Assembly (NCBI GenBank): GCA_027622905.1
Contig: JAQBVV010000003.1
Location: 1 to 60,516, forward strand
Length of the DNA: 60,516 bases
Direction: 5' to 3'
DNA from: Acidobacteriota bacterium
GTDB lineage: Bacteria > Acidobacteriota > Vicinamibacteria > Vicinamibacterales > UBA2999
Shown here: positions 28,880 through 38,134 of the stretch, piece by piece
How positions within the stretch are numbered: the stretch's first letter is position 1
Layout of the letters: each line of letters begins with the position of its first letter
Notes under the pieces: generated by a model
Seen by the model: the letters and a program-made list of their open reading frames with translations, nothing else
Told to the model about the DNA's origin: nothing
Database searches by the model: none
Made by a program: the position numbers and the translations under genes

Positions 28880-29713
28880 ATGCATCTCACCACCTCGTGT
28901 CCCGCCTGCGACAGTCATCAGGTGGAGGTTGTGGACGCCTGGCCGATGCGCTCGCGGAGGCACGCAGTGGCGTGTCAGGATTGCGGGTTGCTCTTCGTCC
29001 ATCCCCAACCGGTGCCAGGGGCGCTGGCCGCGCAGTATGCACCCGAGGGTACATATCGCGAGAAGCGGATCGCCAAGGTTACCAACGCGCAGACAAAGAC
29101 GAAGGGCGGCGCGCCGATCATGCTTGCGGCCCTTGACAGACACTTTGCGGCGAGTCGACCACCTGCCGGCGCCAGCGTCCTGGAGTTCGGATGCGGTACC
29201 GGCACCTGGCTGAATACGTTTCAGGATCACGGGTGGGAGACATTCGGGATCGAGCCGTCGACCGATGTGGCGTTTACCCGACATCATCGCCTGGTGACCA
29301 TCCCAGCCGAACCGCGGTTCGACTTCTTGATTGCCTACCAGGTGCTCGAACATTTGGGACGCCCGCTGGACATTCTGCGGGAGTTGGCGCGATCCCTGAG
29401 ACCTGGTGGTCATTGCCTCGTCAGCGTGCCGCGGGTCGACACTATCGAGATCCATCGCGACGTGGATTACTGTCTGCAGCCACGTACGCACATCGTCGCG
29501 TTCACCGAAGCCTGCCTCACCGGCTTGCTGGCGCGCGCCGGGTTGGGGGTCGTCGAGGCGTTGCACGGCCTGGCGGGCACGCTCGACAACGGGAGGCAGA
29601 CAAAGCTCCGGCTGCTGGCGCGGAAGGGTGCAGATCCAGTTGCGACCGAATCGCCGGCTGACTCACTTAAGCGGATCGCAAGCGTGTTGCCAGCGATCCT
29701 CAAAGACCGATGA
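28880..29713 (+). CDS. Class I SAM methyltransferase with N-terminal Zn ribbon
   Basis: CPAC and CQDC pairs, VLEFGCGTG, GIEPS, VLEHL and LRPGG. Confidence 0.85.
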   Translation: MHLTTSCPACDSHQVEVVDAWPMRSRRHAVACQDCGLLFVHPQPVPGALAAQYAPEGTYREKRIAKVTNAQTKTKGGAPIMLAALDRHFAASRPPAGASVLEFGCGTGTWLNTFQDHGWETFGIEPSTDVAFTRHHRLVTIPAEPRFDFLIAYQVLEHLGRPLDILRELARSLRPGGHCLVSVPRVDTIEIHRDVDYCLQPRTHIVAFTEACLTGLLARAGLGVVEALHGLAGTLDNGRQTKLRLLARKGADPVATESPADSLKRIASVLPAILKDR

Positions 29714-29888
29714 GAGCGCTGACAACGATCGCTGCCGCTGACATGCCGATGTGGCCGAGAGGCACGCGTGGTCATGCGGCGCCGATCGGGTTGGAGGTGT
29801 GCGTCTGCGCCGTCGAGCCGCACCCCGATGCCCCGTGTCAGTCCCCCTCGGGATCCTGGAGGACGTGGGAACGGGCTGGTGGCACGCG

Positions 29889-31751
29889 ATGAGCGGGGGG
29901 ATCGACAGACCACGTCGGACGGTGGTGTCGGCTCTTCGGTGGGCGAGTGGTGCGCTTCTGCTTCTTGCCGTGGGCGTCGGTGTTGCCCGACCGCTGCTGG
30001 TCGTGGACGGGTTAGGGATCATCAACGTGCGGTGGCGCGCGGACCTGCCGATCGATCAGAGATCGGCTCTGGAGCGTCGTTTCGGGCTCGCGGTTCTCGA
30101 GCGTGATCCTCCGACGTGGAGGTACACGATCGCTGATGCCGGGCGCGCGAACCTCGAAGCGCTGGTCATGCACCCGGACGTTGCTGACACGCATTTCGTC
30201 GATCGCCAGGAGTTCCGTCTCAGTGCCGACGCGTCCGTGACTGAACCGCGCTTCGTCAGTCAGCGTTTTCCGGTTGTCGGGCGGTGGGCGGCGGAGCAGG
30301 GGCCTCGAGATCTATTGATACTTGCGCTCGCAGTTGCGATGCTGACCGCAGTGCCCGGCGTGCCGGTGTTCCTGTGGGGTCTACCGATGTCCCTCTGGGT
30401 GTGGTGGCGATCGATGCTCGCCCGCGCGGTTCCGACCCTGACGGCGCGAACGCTGGGACAATTTCGGGTGGCGTTCGGCCTGGCGCTGTTTTGTGTCGTG
30501 CTCGGCGACCCGCCTCCCGCGCTTCCCCTCGATTTGCACACCAGCCTCAGCGTACTCGCTGACTGGCCGCCGGTGCATGCGGTGGCAGCGAGCGAGACGG
30601 CTTGCCGGGTTCTCCACGTCACTACCCTGGTGCTGGCCGGTCTCTTCATCATCGGTTACTGGACGCGGTCGGCGTACGTGGCGCTGGTCATGGGAATATT
30701 CGCCAGTCGGCTGGTGGAGTTGCAGGGTCGCGGCATGCACGACTGGGACCTGGCGATGCCGACGCTCTTCGTGCTCGCCGTGGTGCCCTGGGGCGACGGC
30801 TTCAGCCTCGATGCGCGTCTGGCCCATCGTCCGTCCGGGGAGGTGCCCGCCGGGAGGCTCTACGGACTCGCGATCTGGATTCCGGGATTCATGTTGGGGC
30901 TCGCCCTGGCGGCGGCTGCGTACGCCAAGCTGAGTGAAAGCGGTCTTGCGTGGATTACATCCGGCGCAGTCAAGTACCACTTTCTCGAGGACGCCGCCAA
31001 CGCGCCGTTGACGTGGGGCTTGTGGGTGGCGTCGCATCCGACCGTCGCCGTGCTGATGTCACTCGGCGTCATCGTCGCCGAGGCTTCCTTCATAGGGATC
31101 ATCTTCGTGCGTTCGCCGTGGCTCCGCTTCGCGCTCGGCTGCGTCGGACTCTCCTTGTTCGCTGGGTTCTACCTTTTTCAGGGAGTCATCTGGTGGCCAT
31201 GGCTCATGTTGTTTACGGCACTGCTCCCGTGGCCGTTGCTTGACCGCGGCGCCGGGTCAACGGCGCCCCCTGTAACGACCACGACCCCGCTGCGCGCCTG
31301 GCATGTGGCGTTGCTGGCCGCCCTGGCGGTGCAACAGGCCCTCGTGTCGGTCTCGGCGGTGGAGGTCGAGCCGATCATGTCCAATTTCCCCATGTACTCG
31401 AACACGGTTGACTCTCCCGAGGAGTTCCGCCGGACCAGAAGATTTCTCTTCGAAGTCGGAGGCATCGACGTCACCGCGCGCGTCCATGCCATCCCGAACG
31501 CGCCGGACATTCTGCGGCGAGTCGCAGAGGGTGTCGCGGATGGCGAGGGCATCGCCGCGCAGGGGGCGACGGTCATGACGATGCTGCGCACGATCCGGGG
31601 CGAGTACCAGGCGCGGTACGGTGTCAACCTGGAGGCCGTGACGGTCGCAGCCGAGCAGGTAACGTTTGATTGGCAGCGAGGGCAGTTCAACCCTCCGACC
31701 CGAGTGCTGATTGCGGACGTGCCGTTCCAGGATATCGATCTCGGTTTTTAA
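29889..31751 (+). CDS. HTTM-like membrane protein with N-terminal shared VRW...DPxVxDT domain
   Basis: Shared domain at about 30021-30206. LGQFRVAFG, IGYWTR, FSLDA and AAYAKL...W..G segments resemble HTTM/gamma-carboxylase-like proteins. Confidence 0.6.
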   Translation: MSGGIDRPRRTVVSALRWASGALLLLAVGVGVARPLLVVDGLGIINVRWRADLPIDQRSALERRFGLAVLERDPPTWRYTIADAGRANLEALVMHPDVADTHFVDRQEFRLSADASVTEPRFVSQRFPVVGRWAAEQGPRDLLILALAVAMLTAVPGVPVFLWGLPMSLWVWWRSMLARAVPTLTARTLGQFRVAFGLALFCVVLGDPPPALPLDLHTSLSVLADWPPVHAVAASETACRVLHVTTLVLAGLFIIGYWTRSAYVALVMGIFASRLVELQGRGMHDWDLAMPTLFVLAVVPWGDGFSLDARLAHRPSGEVPAGRLYGLAIWIPGFMLGLALAAAAYAKLSESGLAWITSGAVKYHFLEDAANAPLTWGLWVASHPTVAVLMSLGVIVAEASFIGIIFVRSPWLRFALGCVGLSLFAGFYLFQGVIWWPWLMLFTALLPWPLLDRGAGSTAPPVTTTTPLRAWHVALLAALAVQQALVSVSAVEVEPIMSNFPMYSNTVDSPEEFRRTRRFLFEVGGIDVTARVHAIPNAPDILRRVAEGVADGEGIAAQGATVMTMLRTIRGEYQARYGVNLEAVTVAAEQVTFDWQRGQFNPPTRVLIADVPFQDIDLGF

Positions 31752-32054
31752 CAAAGGGTCAGGCGACAGCCACACCCCACCTGCAGGCCTCGGCGGTCCA
31801 TCGCGGCTGTCGACAGCGCGCCAGGCGGTTGCGCAACCGTCGTCGACGCGACCAGGGATCGCGCGTTGAACTGCGTGGCCGTCGTACGAGTGCGACGCGA
31901 CGCAGGGCTCCCGCGGCGTCGAGTTCATTCCCCATTGCCGCTGCATTCGGTTTCCGCCGCGCCACAGTTCGCTCCGACATATCGTCGGGAGAACAAAAGA
32001 CGAAAACAGGCGTGTTATTTGACGTGAACCGCGAAAAAACGCCGCCTCGCGCAG

Positions 32055-32084
32055 TTGACCCTCTTCTCTCAAATCTCTTAATAT
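32055..32084 (+). promoter_or_regulatory. Sigma70-type promoter for the large downstream gene run
   Basis: TTGACC, 18-nt spacer, TAATAT in a locally AT-rich patch about 200 nt upstream of ATG 32281. Confidence 0.55.
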
Positions 32085-32280
32085 CTACGAGTTAGAGGCG
32101 CGCCACCTCTTTTGCCAGGCACCACTCGAGCCAAAATCTGCCCGTTGCAGCGGTCGCCATTACTCAGTCTCGGAGTGTGAGGTAAATGAGGGCGTGGTGT
32201 GCGAGTACGCGCGTCTGCAGTGGTCTGTAGGTGAGAGGGCGGGAGCCTGTACGCACGCTGATCGGTCGGTTCCGCATCGC

Positions 32281-33996
32281 ATGAAAATTCTCTTTTCCGC
32301 GACCCATTTCGGGTTCCTTCGCAACTTTCAGTCAACCATTCGGGAACTCGCCGAGCGGGGACACGAATTGCACCTGCTGGCCGAGCGACGCGATGCCATC
32401 GACGGCCAGAAGATGGCAGATCTGCTGGTTGCTGATCATCCCTCGATCACGCTCGAACTCCTTCCGTCGAGTCGTCATCGCCTCTGGTACGCATTGGCTA
32501 CCGGCGTGCGGGCCTCGCTGGACTACTGGCGGTATCTCGACCCGCGCTGGGATCGGGCGGAAAAGCTCCGCGCCCGCGCTGCCGAGCAGGCGCCGCCTTT
32601 CGCCGTTGCCATGGCCCGCGTGCCGATCATCCGGTCGAGAACGGGGCTGGCAATGCTGGCTCGCGTATTTCGCACGGTCGAGCGCGTGTTGCTCCCCCCC
32701 GGTGAAATCGCGGACGTGTTCAGGCGTATCGACCCGGATGTACTGTTCCTGACTCCGCTCTTGTACTTCCGGTCGCATCAGGTCGACCATGTGCGGTGTG
32801 CGCGGCAACTCGGTATCAAGAGCGTACTGGGGGTCGGGAGCTGGGATCACCTGACGACGAAGGGCCTGATTCACGAGGTGCCCGATCGCGTCCTGGTCTG
32901 GAACGAGTTGCAGAAGCGTGAGGCAATCGACCTTCACGACGTACCTGCCGAGCGAGTCGCAGTCACAGGCGCGCAAGCCTACGATCATTGGTTCGCGACC
33001 GAGCCCAGCCTGGACCGTGTGGCTTTCTGTCGGCAAGTGGGCCTCGACGCTGAGCGGCCGATTCTGTTGTATCTGTGCTCGTCGCCCTTCATCGCTCCAC
33101 ACGAAGTGGGATTCGTTCGGAGCTGGATAGGTGCCGTTCGCTCGAGCGCGGCAACGTCTCTCTCGACCGCGGCACTCCTAGTGAGACCGCATCCGCAAAA
33201 CGCGAAGCAGTGGCGGGGCGTCGACCTGGCGGGCGAATTTGGCAACGTGGCGTTGTGGCCGAACACCGGAGTGAATCCGATCGGCGGTTCGGCCCGGGCC
33301 GACTACTTCGATTCGATCTATCACGCGGAAGCCGTGGTGGGGGTCAATACGAGCGCGATGATCGAAGCTGGCATTATCGGCCGGCCGGTCTACTCGGTGA
33401 AGACAGAAGAGTTTGAGGGCACACAGGAAGGCACGCTCCACTTCCAGCATTTGAAGAACGCTGGGGGAGGTCTCTTGCACCTCGCCGCCGATCTTGGGGA
33501 GCACGTGGAACAGCTCGCGGGGCTCCTGGCGGACGAAGGCGGTGCTCGCGAACGCGCACGACAGTTCATGCAGGCCTTTATCCGTCCGCATGGACTCGAC
33601 GTGCCGGCGACGCCCCTTGTGGTCGCCGAAGTAGAGCATCTGGCGTCGGGCCCGGCCCTCGTACCAAGTGCCGTTTCTACCGGCGCGCGTCTCCTGCGCG
33701 TCGCGCTCATTCCGGCGGCGGTCCTCACGACGGTGCTCACAATGGAGCGCGTGAAACTCCGCTCGATGGTGCTCCACTGGACGCGTCCAGCCCGACTGGC
33801 GATCCGCCGCCTGCTGTCACGGTGCGTCTACGCTGTGCGTTTTCTCAGACGCTTGCCGCAGCTGGTGCTTCGAATCCTGGCCGGAGGAATACGTCGCCTC
33901 GTCATCAAACCATTCAGGTGGGCGGTGCGCCTGGGTAAACTGGGCCTCCACGCGTTTCTCGTCTGGCGCAAGGGGCAGCCGGATCAGGTGCCGTAG
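32281..33996 (+). CDS. Family A GT-B-like protein
   Basis: MKILF..RGH, DYWRYL, SWDHLTTKG, VRPHP, GVNTSAMIEAG, QEGTLHF, and an Arg/Leu amphipathic tail. Confidence 0.82.
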   Translation: MKILFSATHFGFLRNFQSTIRELAERGHELHLLAERRDAIDGQKMADLLVADHPSITLELLPSSRHRLWYALATGVRASLDYWRYLDPRWDRAEKLRARAAEQAPPFAVAMARVPIIRSRTGLAMLARVFRTVERVLLPPGEIADVFRRIDPDVLFLTPLLYFRSHQVDHVRCARQLGIKSVLGVGSWDHLTTKGLIHEVPDRVLVWNELQKREAIDLHDVPAERVAVTGAQAYDHWFATEPSLDRVAFCRQVGLDAERPILLYLCSSPFIAPHEVGFVRSWIGAVRSSAATSLSTAALLVRPHPQNAKQWRGVDLAGEFGNVALWPNTGVNPIGGSARADYFDSIYHAEAVVGVNTSAMIEAGIIGRPVYSVKTEEFEGTQEGTLHFQHLKNAGGGLLHLAADLGEHVEQLAGLLADEGGARERARQFMQAFIRPHGLDVPATPLVVAEVEHLASGPALVPSAVSTGARLLRVALIPAAVLTTVLTMERVKLRSMVLHWTRPARLAIRRLLSRCVYAVRFLRRLPQLVLRILAGGIRRLVIKPFRWAVRLGKLGLHAFLVWRKGQPDQVP

Positions 33997-34007
33997 GTGG
34001 GGGCCTA

Positions 34008-35756
34008 GTGCGCATTCTCTTCTCGATGCGTCACCTCGGCTCGCTGCGGATCTACGAATCGGTGCTGCTCCGATTGGCCGCCGCCGGACATGACATCCAG
34101 ATTCTCTCAAGCAGGCGGGACAGTACGACGCTGTTGTCGGATGTGCCCGAGATCCGCTGGAGCTGGGAGGACGTGCGCCCGAGCGCATGGAGCGAACTGG
34201 CCGCGGCAGTTCGCATCTGGCTCGACTACCTGCGCTTTTTCGAGCCGACGTACGGAGACGCGCCACGCCTGCGCATGCGAGTCGGAGAGCGCGTGCCTCC
34301 GATGCTCAGGCGTGTCACGGACTGGCCGATTCTACGCACTAATCGTTGGCGTCGGGCCCTGGTCGCCGTTCTTCGGTCTGTCGAGCGCGCATTGCCGTGG
34401 TCGCCAGAGATTGACGCCGTCATGCGCGACTACCAGCCGGACCTGGTCGTTGTCACGCCGATGCTCGATCTGGGGTCACGACAAATCGATGTGCTGCGCA
34501 GCGCGCGAGCGTTCGGCGCCCGCACGCTCCTCAGCATCGGAAGCTGGGATCACTTGTCAAGCAAGGGACGAATCAGTGCGTTGCCAGACCGGGTGCTGGT
34601 CTGGAACGAGACGCAAGTCGACGAAGCGGTGGAACTACACGGCGTTCCCCGGGATCGAGTGGTTGTCGTCGGCGCCCAGTGCTACGACCAGTGGTTCAAC
34701 CGTGTACCAGTTCGTTCGCGGGAGCAGTTCTGCGGGATGTTGAAGCTGCCTCCCGACCGACCGTTTCTGTTGTACGCCTGCTCGGCGCTGTACCCGCAGA
34801 CCCCGACCGAGGCTCGATTCGTGAGGCGATGGATAGAGGAGGTCCGGGCGAGCGAGGATCCGGTGTTGCGGTCGGCGGCTGTGCTGGTACGTCCGCACCC
34901 GACGCGGCTGGAAGAGTGGAATGACGTCGACCTGTCGGACCTGCAGGACGTGACGCTGTACGGTTCGCTTCCTGTTGATGAGCGCTCGAAGGAGGACTAT
35001 TTCGAATCCTTGTACTACAGCGCCGCAATGGTGGGGTTGAATACCAGCGCGTTTATCGAGGCGGCGATCGTCGGTCGACCGGTGCACACCATTGCTGTGC
35101 CGGAATTCACCGAGCGGCAGGAGGGCACGATCCACTTCCATTATTTGACGAGGGTCGGGGGCGGCGTGCTCCGTCTGGCACGTAGCTTCGTGGAGCATCG
35201 AACACAGCTCTCGGCGTCGCTGCACGAGCCGGTTGCTGCGGATGTGCACACCCCGTTCGTGGCTGCGTTTGTCCGACCCCTCGGACTCCATCTTGCGGCG
35301 ACGGACGCGTTCGTCGCGTCGGTCGAAGACCTCGGCCGCGCGGCTGCGCCAGATCCGTTACGCGAACCGTTGTGGGCACCGGCGTTGAGATTGGTGCTCC
35401 GCCCGGCTGCGGTGGCGATGCGCTCGATGGTTGCGCGGGTTGAGCGCCCTGCGGACAAAACGCTCCTCGAGCTACAGCGTGCGCGCCGGCGCGACTCGTA
35501 TCGGCGCGAGCGAGAAGCGGAGCGGCAGCAGCGTCAAGCGGAGCGGGAGGCTGCGCGCGCAGACAAGGCCCGGCTGGCCGTCGAGACTCGAGAGGAAGCA
35601 CAACGGGTGCGCGACGCGCGCATCGAGGCGTCCGAGCGCGAGAAGCTGGCCGGGAAGGCCGCTCGGGAGCGCCGCAATCTGCAGCACCGGCGCGCGAAGC
35701 GGAGGGCTGCGGTGATGGGCCAGATCAGGCGTCGACTGGGTCTCGGACGCAGTTGA
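34008..35756 (+). CDS. Family A GT-B-like protein with Glu/Arg-rich helical tail
   Basis: SWDHLSSKG, VRPHP, GLNTSAFIEAA and QEGTIHFHYL. Confidence 0.82.
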   Translation: MRILFSMRHLGSLRIYESVLLRLAAAGHDIQILSSRRDSTTLLSDVPEIRWSWEDVRPSAWSELAAAVRIWLDYLRFFEPTYGDAPRLRMRVGERVPPMLRRVTDWPILRTNRWRRALVAVLRSVERALPWSPEIDAVMRDYQPDLVVVTPMLDLGSRQIDVLRSARAFGARTLLSIGSWDHLSSKGRISALPDRVLVWNETQVDEAVELHGVPRDRVVVVGAQCYDQWFNRVPVRSREQFCGMLKLPPDRPFLLYACSALYPQTPTEARFVRRWIEEVRASEDPVLRSAAVLVRPHPTRLEEWNDVDLSDLQDVTLYGSLPVDERSKEDYFESLYYSAAMVGLNTSAFIEAAIVGRPVHTIAVPEFTERQEGTIHFHYLTRVGGGVLRLARSFVEHRTQLSASLHEPVAADVHTPFVAAFVRPLGLHLAATDAFVASVEDLGRAAAPDPLREPLWAPALRLVLRPAAVAMRSMVARVERPADKTLLELQRARRRDSYRREREAERQQRQAEREAARADKARLAVETREEAQRVRDARIEASEREKLAGKAARERRNLQHRRAKRRAAVMGQIRRRLGLGRS

Positions 35757-35775
35757 GCGCCGCAAGCGAACTCAG

Positions 35776-36881
35776 GTGAAGATCTTCTTTTCAATGCGGC
35801 ATCTGGGATCGTTCCGGATGTACGAGTCGGTCATCCGTGAACTCGCGGAACGCGGCCATGAGGTCCACCTGGCGCTTGGCCGTGGCGCCTGGCTTGCAGT
35901 CGGTCTGCGTCCCGCGCTCGAGAGCCTGCTCGCGGAGTATCCGCGCGTGACGTGGAGCCAGGTGTCGCCGTTGATGTCGCCGGTGTGGGCGGATATGGCG
36001 AGAACGATCCGCATCTGGGTGGATTACTTGCGCTATTTTCTGCCCGAATACGACGCCACACCCAAGCTCATGACGCGTCCAGGGACGATTATTTTGAGTC
36101 GCTGTTTTACTGCAGCGCTGTGGTTGGCATGAACACGAGCGCGTTTCTGGAGGCCGCGGTCGTGGATCGTCCCGTCCACACGATTCTGCTGCCAGAGTTC
36201 CATGAGAACCAGGAAGGGACGTTGCACTTTCACTACCTGCTCACGGTTGGTGGCGGAGTGCTGTTGGCCAGCCGCACCTTCGAGACGCATCATGAGCAAC
36301 TCGTGGCGTCGTTGCGGCGCTCTCCGGACCAACCAGGGACAAACCCACAGTTCGTGCGAGCATTCATCCGTCCGAACGGCCTCGACACCCGCTCGACGCC
36401 CATCTTTTGTGACGCGGTTGACGATCTCACGAGAGCACCAGCGCCGGCACCGTCCGCTACACCGTTTCGGTTCCGGTTGCTTCGTGTCGCGATGGTGCCG
36501 ACGTTTCTGATGTTGCGATGGATCTTTGGGTCTGAGGTCGTGCGCGACGATCGGCACCTCAGGGAGCGGGAACGTGGTCGCCAGCATGAGGAGCACCAGC
36601 GAAAGCACCAGGAGCGCCGTCGTTCCGAAAGGGCCAGGGCACGCGAGCGGGCACGGGTTCGCGCCGAGAGGCTGAAGGCGCGAGAGGCGGTGGCGCGGGC
36701 GAAGGAAGCGGAGCGCCAGCGCGTCGAGGCCGAGAAGGTGCGACGGAGGCGTGCGAGGGAGAGCGCGAAGGCCGTGCGCATGCGGCAGCGTGAACGAGCC
36801 GCGATGCGCACGCGGCTCAAGCAAGGCGCAAGGCGCTGGATGAGTCGTTGGCGACCCGGGCAGGAGCGGCAGGCGCCGTGA
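35776..36881 (+). pseudogene. Family A paralog with ~700-nt internal deletion and frameshift (or an assembly artefact)
   Basis: The N-terminal ~100 aa (to DYLRYF..ATPKL) is joined at about 36070-36080, in another frame, to DDYFESLFY..NTSAFLEAA..QEGTLHFHYL. The SWD and RPHP region is absent. Confidence 0.75.
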
Positions 36882-36885
36882 CCAC
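36870..36885 (+). repeat. 16-bp direct repeat CAGGCGCCGTGACCAC, second copy at 45350-45365
   Basis: Identical sequence spanning the stop/start junction after two family A genes. Confidence 0.7.
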
Positions 36886-38134
36886 ACGCGGTCGATTCGG
36901 TCGACTGTGGGCCCGCATCACGGGCCAGTGGCATCTCGAGCGTCTTGCCGCGGTGGAGGAGAAGGTCGCCAAGTTCGGCCGCGCCCAGCGAGAGGAGCTT
37001 GGGATTCAGCGCGAACGGCTCGACGGAGTGAGTGCCACGTTGGCGACGCGTGCCAGCGCGGAGTCGCTCCGCGACGTGTCTCGCCGTTTGGAGGACCTGC
37101 ACGTTGCGTTCGCGCAGCAGGACCGCGCGTTTTCTGAAGCCTTCGAGCGTTCGCGCCTCCTCGACGAACAGGGCGTTGACGACCGCCGCTTGGCCCGACG
37201 CGTCGAGGCGTTTCTTCGCCACGATCGACCGGTGATCGTCGGTCCCTGGACGGGTGAAGTGGGGTTCGAGCTGCTGTACTGGGTGCCGTTCGTCCGAAGG
37301 ATGGTCGCGGTGTACGGGCTGCCGCCTGAGCGGCTGATCGTCGTTTCGCGAGGCGGCGTGGCGCCCTGGTACGGCGCGCTCGCCACCGACTACAGCGATG
37401 TGTTCTCGTTCTTCTCCCCTGGAGAGTTTCGCGCTGCGACGGAAGCCAGAAAGAAACAGCGCCTGGTCGGAGCGTTCGACGTGGACGTCGTCAAGCGAGT
37501 CGTGGCGGCGCGCAAACTCGGCCGGGTGGACATGTTGCACCCCGGGATGATGTACCGGCTGTTCATGCCGGTATGGAAGGATCTGGCGACGTGTTCTCGT
37601 GTGGACAAGTACGCTGCCTACGAGAAGATCGATGCGGCGGATGTGGCCGTTCCCCCTGGGCTTCCGGCATCCTATGTTGCGGCGCGGTTCTATTTCAGCG
37701 ATTGCTTTCCGGACACGCCGGAGAATCGTGCGTTCGTCGTATCGACCATCAATACGATCAGCCGGCAGACGCCGGTCGTCCTGCTCAACACGCCGTTCGC
37801 GGTTGACGACCACCACGACTTCGACGCCGCCGGCGATCGCGTGTTCGGGATTGCCGCCGAACACATGGCGCCGGAGCAGAATCTGGCGGTACAGACGGCG
37901 GTCATTGCGCGTGCCCGTGCGTTCGTCGGCACCTATGGTGGATATGCGTACCTGGCGCCATTGTGTGGCGTCCCATCGCTGGCGTTCTATTCACACAAGA
38001 CCTTCAAGGTGCAGCACCTGAACGTCGCCCAGCGGGCGTTCGAGCAGCTTGTCGGCCCCTCGCTCGTGACGATCGACGTGTCAGATCTCGCGCTGGTCCA
38101 CCTTGCGCTCGCCAGCGGTGTCCACGCGGGATGA
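36878..38134 (+). CDS. Family B GT-B-like protein with N-terminal coiled coil
   Basis: GPWTGEVGFELLYWVPF, SRGG..WY, HPGMMY, DDHHDF and FVGTYGG..LAP. GTGA overlap. Confidence 0.8.
   Translation: MTTRGRFGRLWARITGQWHLERLAAVEEKVAKFGRAQREELGIQRERLDGVSATLATRASAESLRDVSRRLEDLHVAFAQQDRAFSEAFERSRLLDEQGVDDRRLARRVEAFLRHDRPVIVGPWTGEVGFELLYWVPFVRRMVAVYGLPPERLIVVSRGGVAPWYGALATDYSDVFSFFSPGEFRAATEARKKQRLVGAFDVDVVKRVVAARKLGRVDMLHPGMMYRLFMPVWKDLATCSRVDKYAAYEKIDAADVAVPPGLPASYVAARFYFSDCFPDTPENRAFVVSTINTISRQTPVVLLNTPFAVDDHHDFDAAGDRVFGIAAEHMAPEQNLAVQTAVIARARAFVGTYGGYAYLAPLCGVPSLAFYSHKTFKVQHLNVAQRAFEQLVGPSLVTIDVSDLALVHLALASGVHAG

Noticed and set aside
32238-32249. ops-like element GGCGGGAGCCTG in the leader of the long operon
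   Set aside because: It differs from GGCGGTAGnnTG at the key T, there is no JUMPStart context, and such a match is likely by chance in GC-rich DNA.
36060-36090. Programmed frameshift or phase-variable tract joining the two halves of the broken family A gene
   Set aside because: There is no slippery or homopolymer tract, and ~235 aa of core is missing, so frameshifting would not restore the enzyme.
36290-37864. Long antisense ORFs (e.g. 36290-37864, 47784-49229, 22747-23805, 11009-12031)
   Set aside because: Shadow ORFs opposite well-supported genes. They are expected at high GC and show no motifs.
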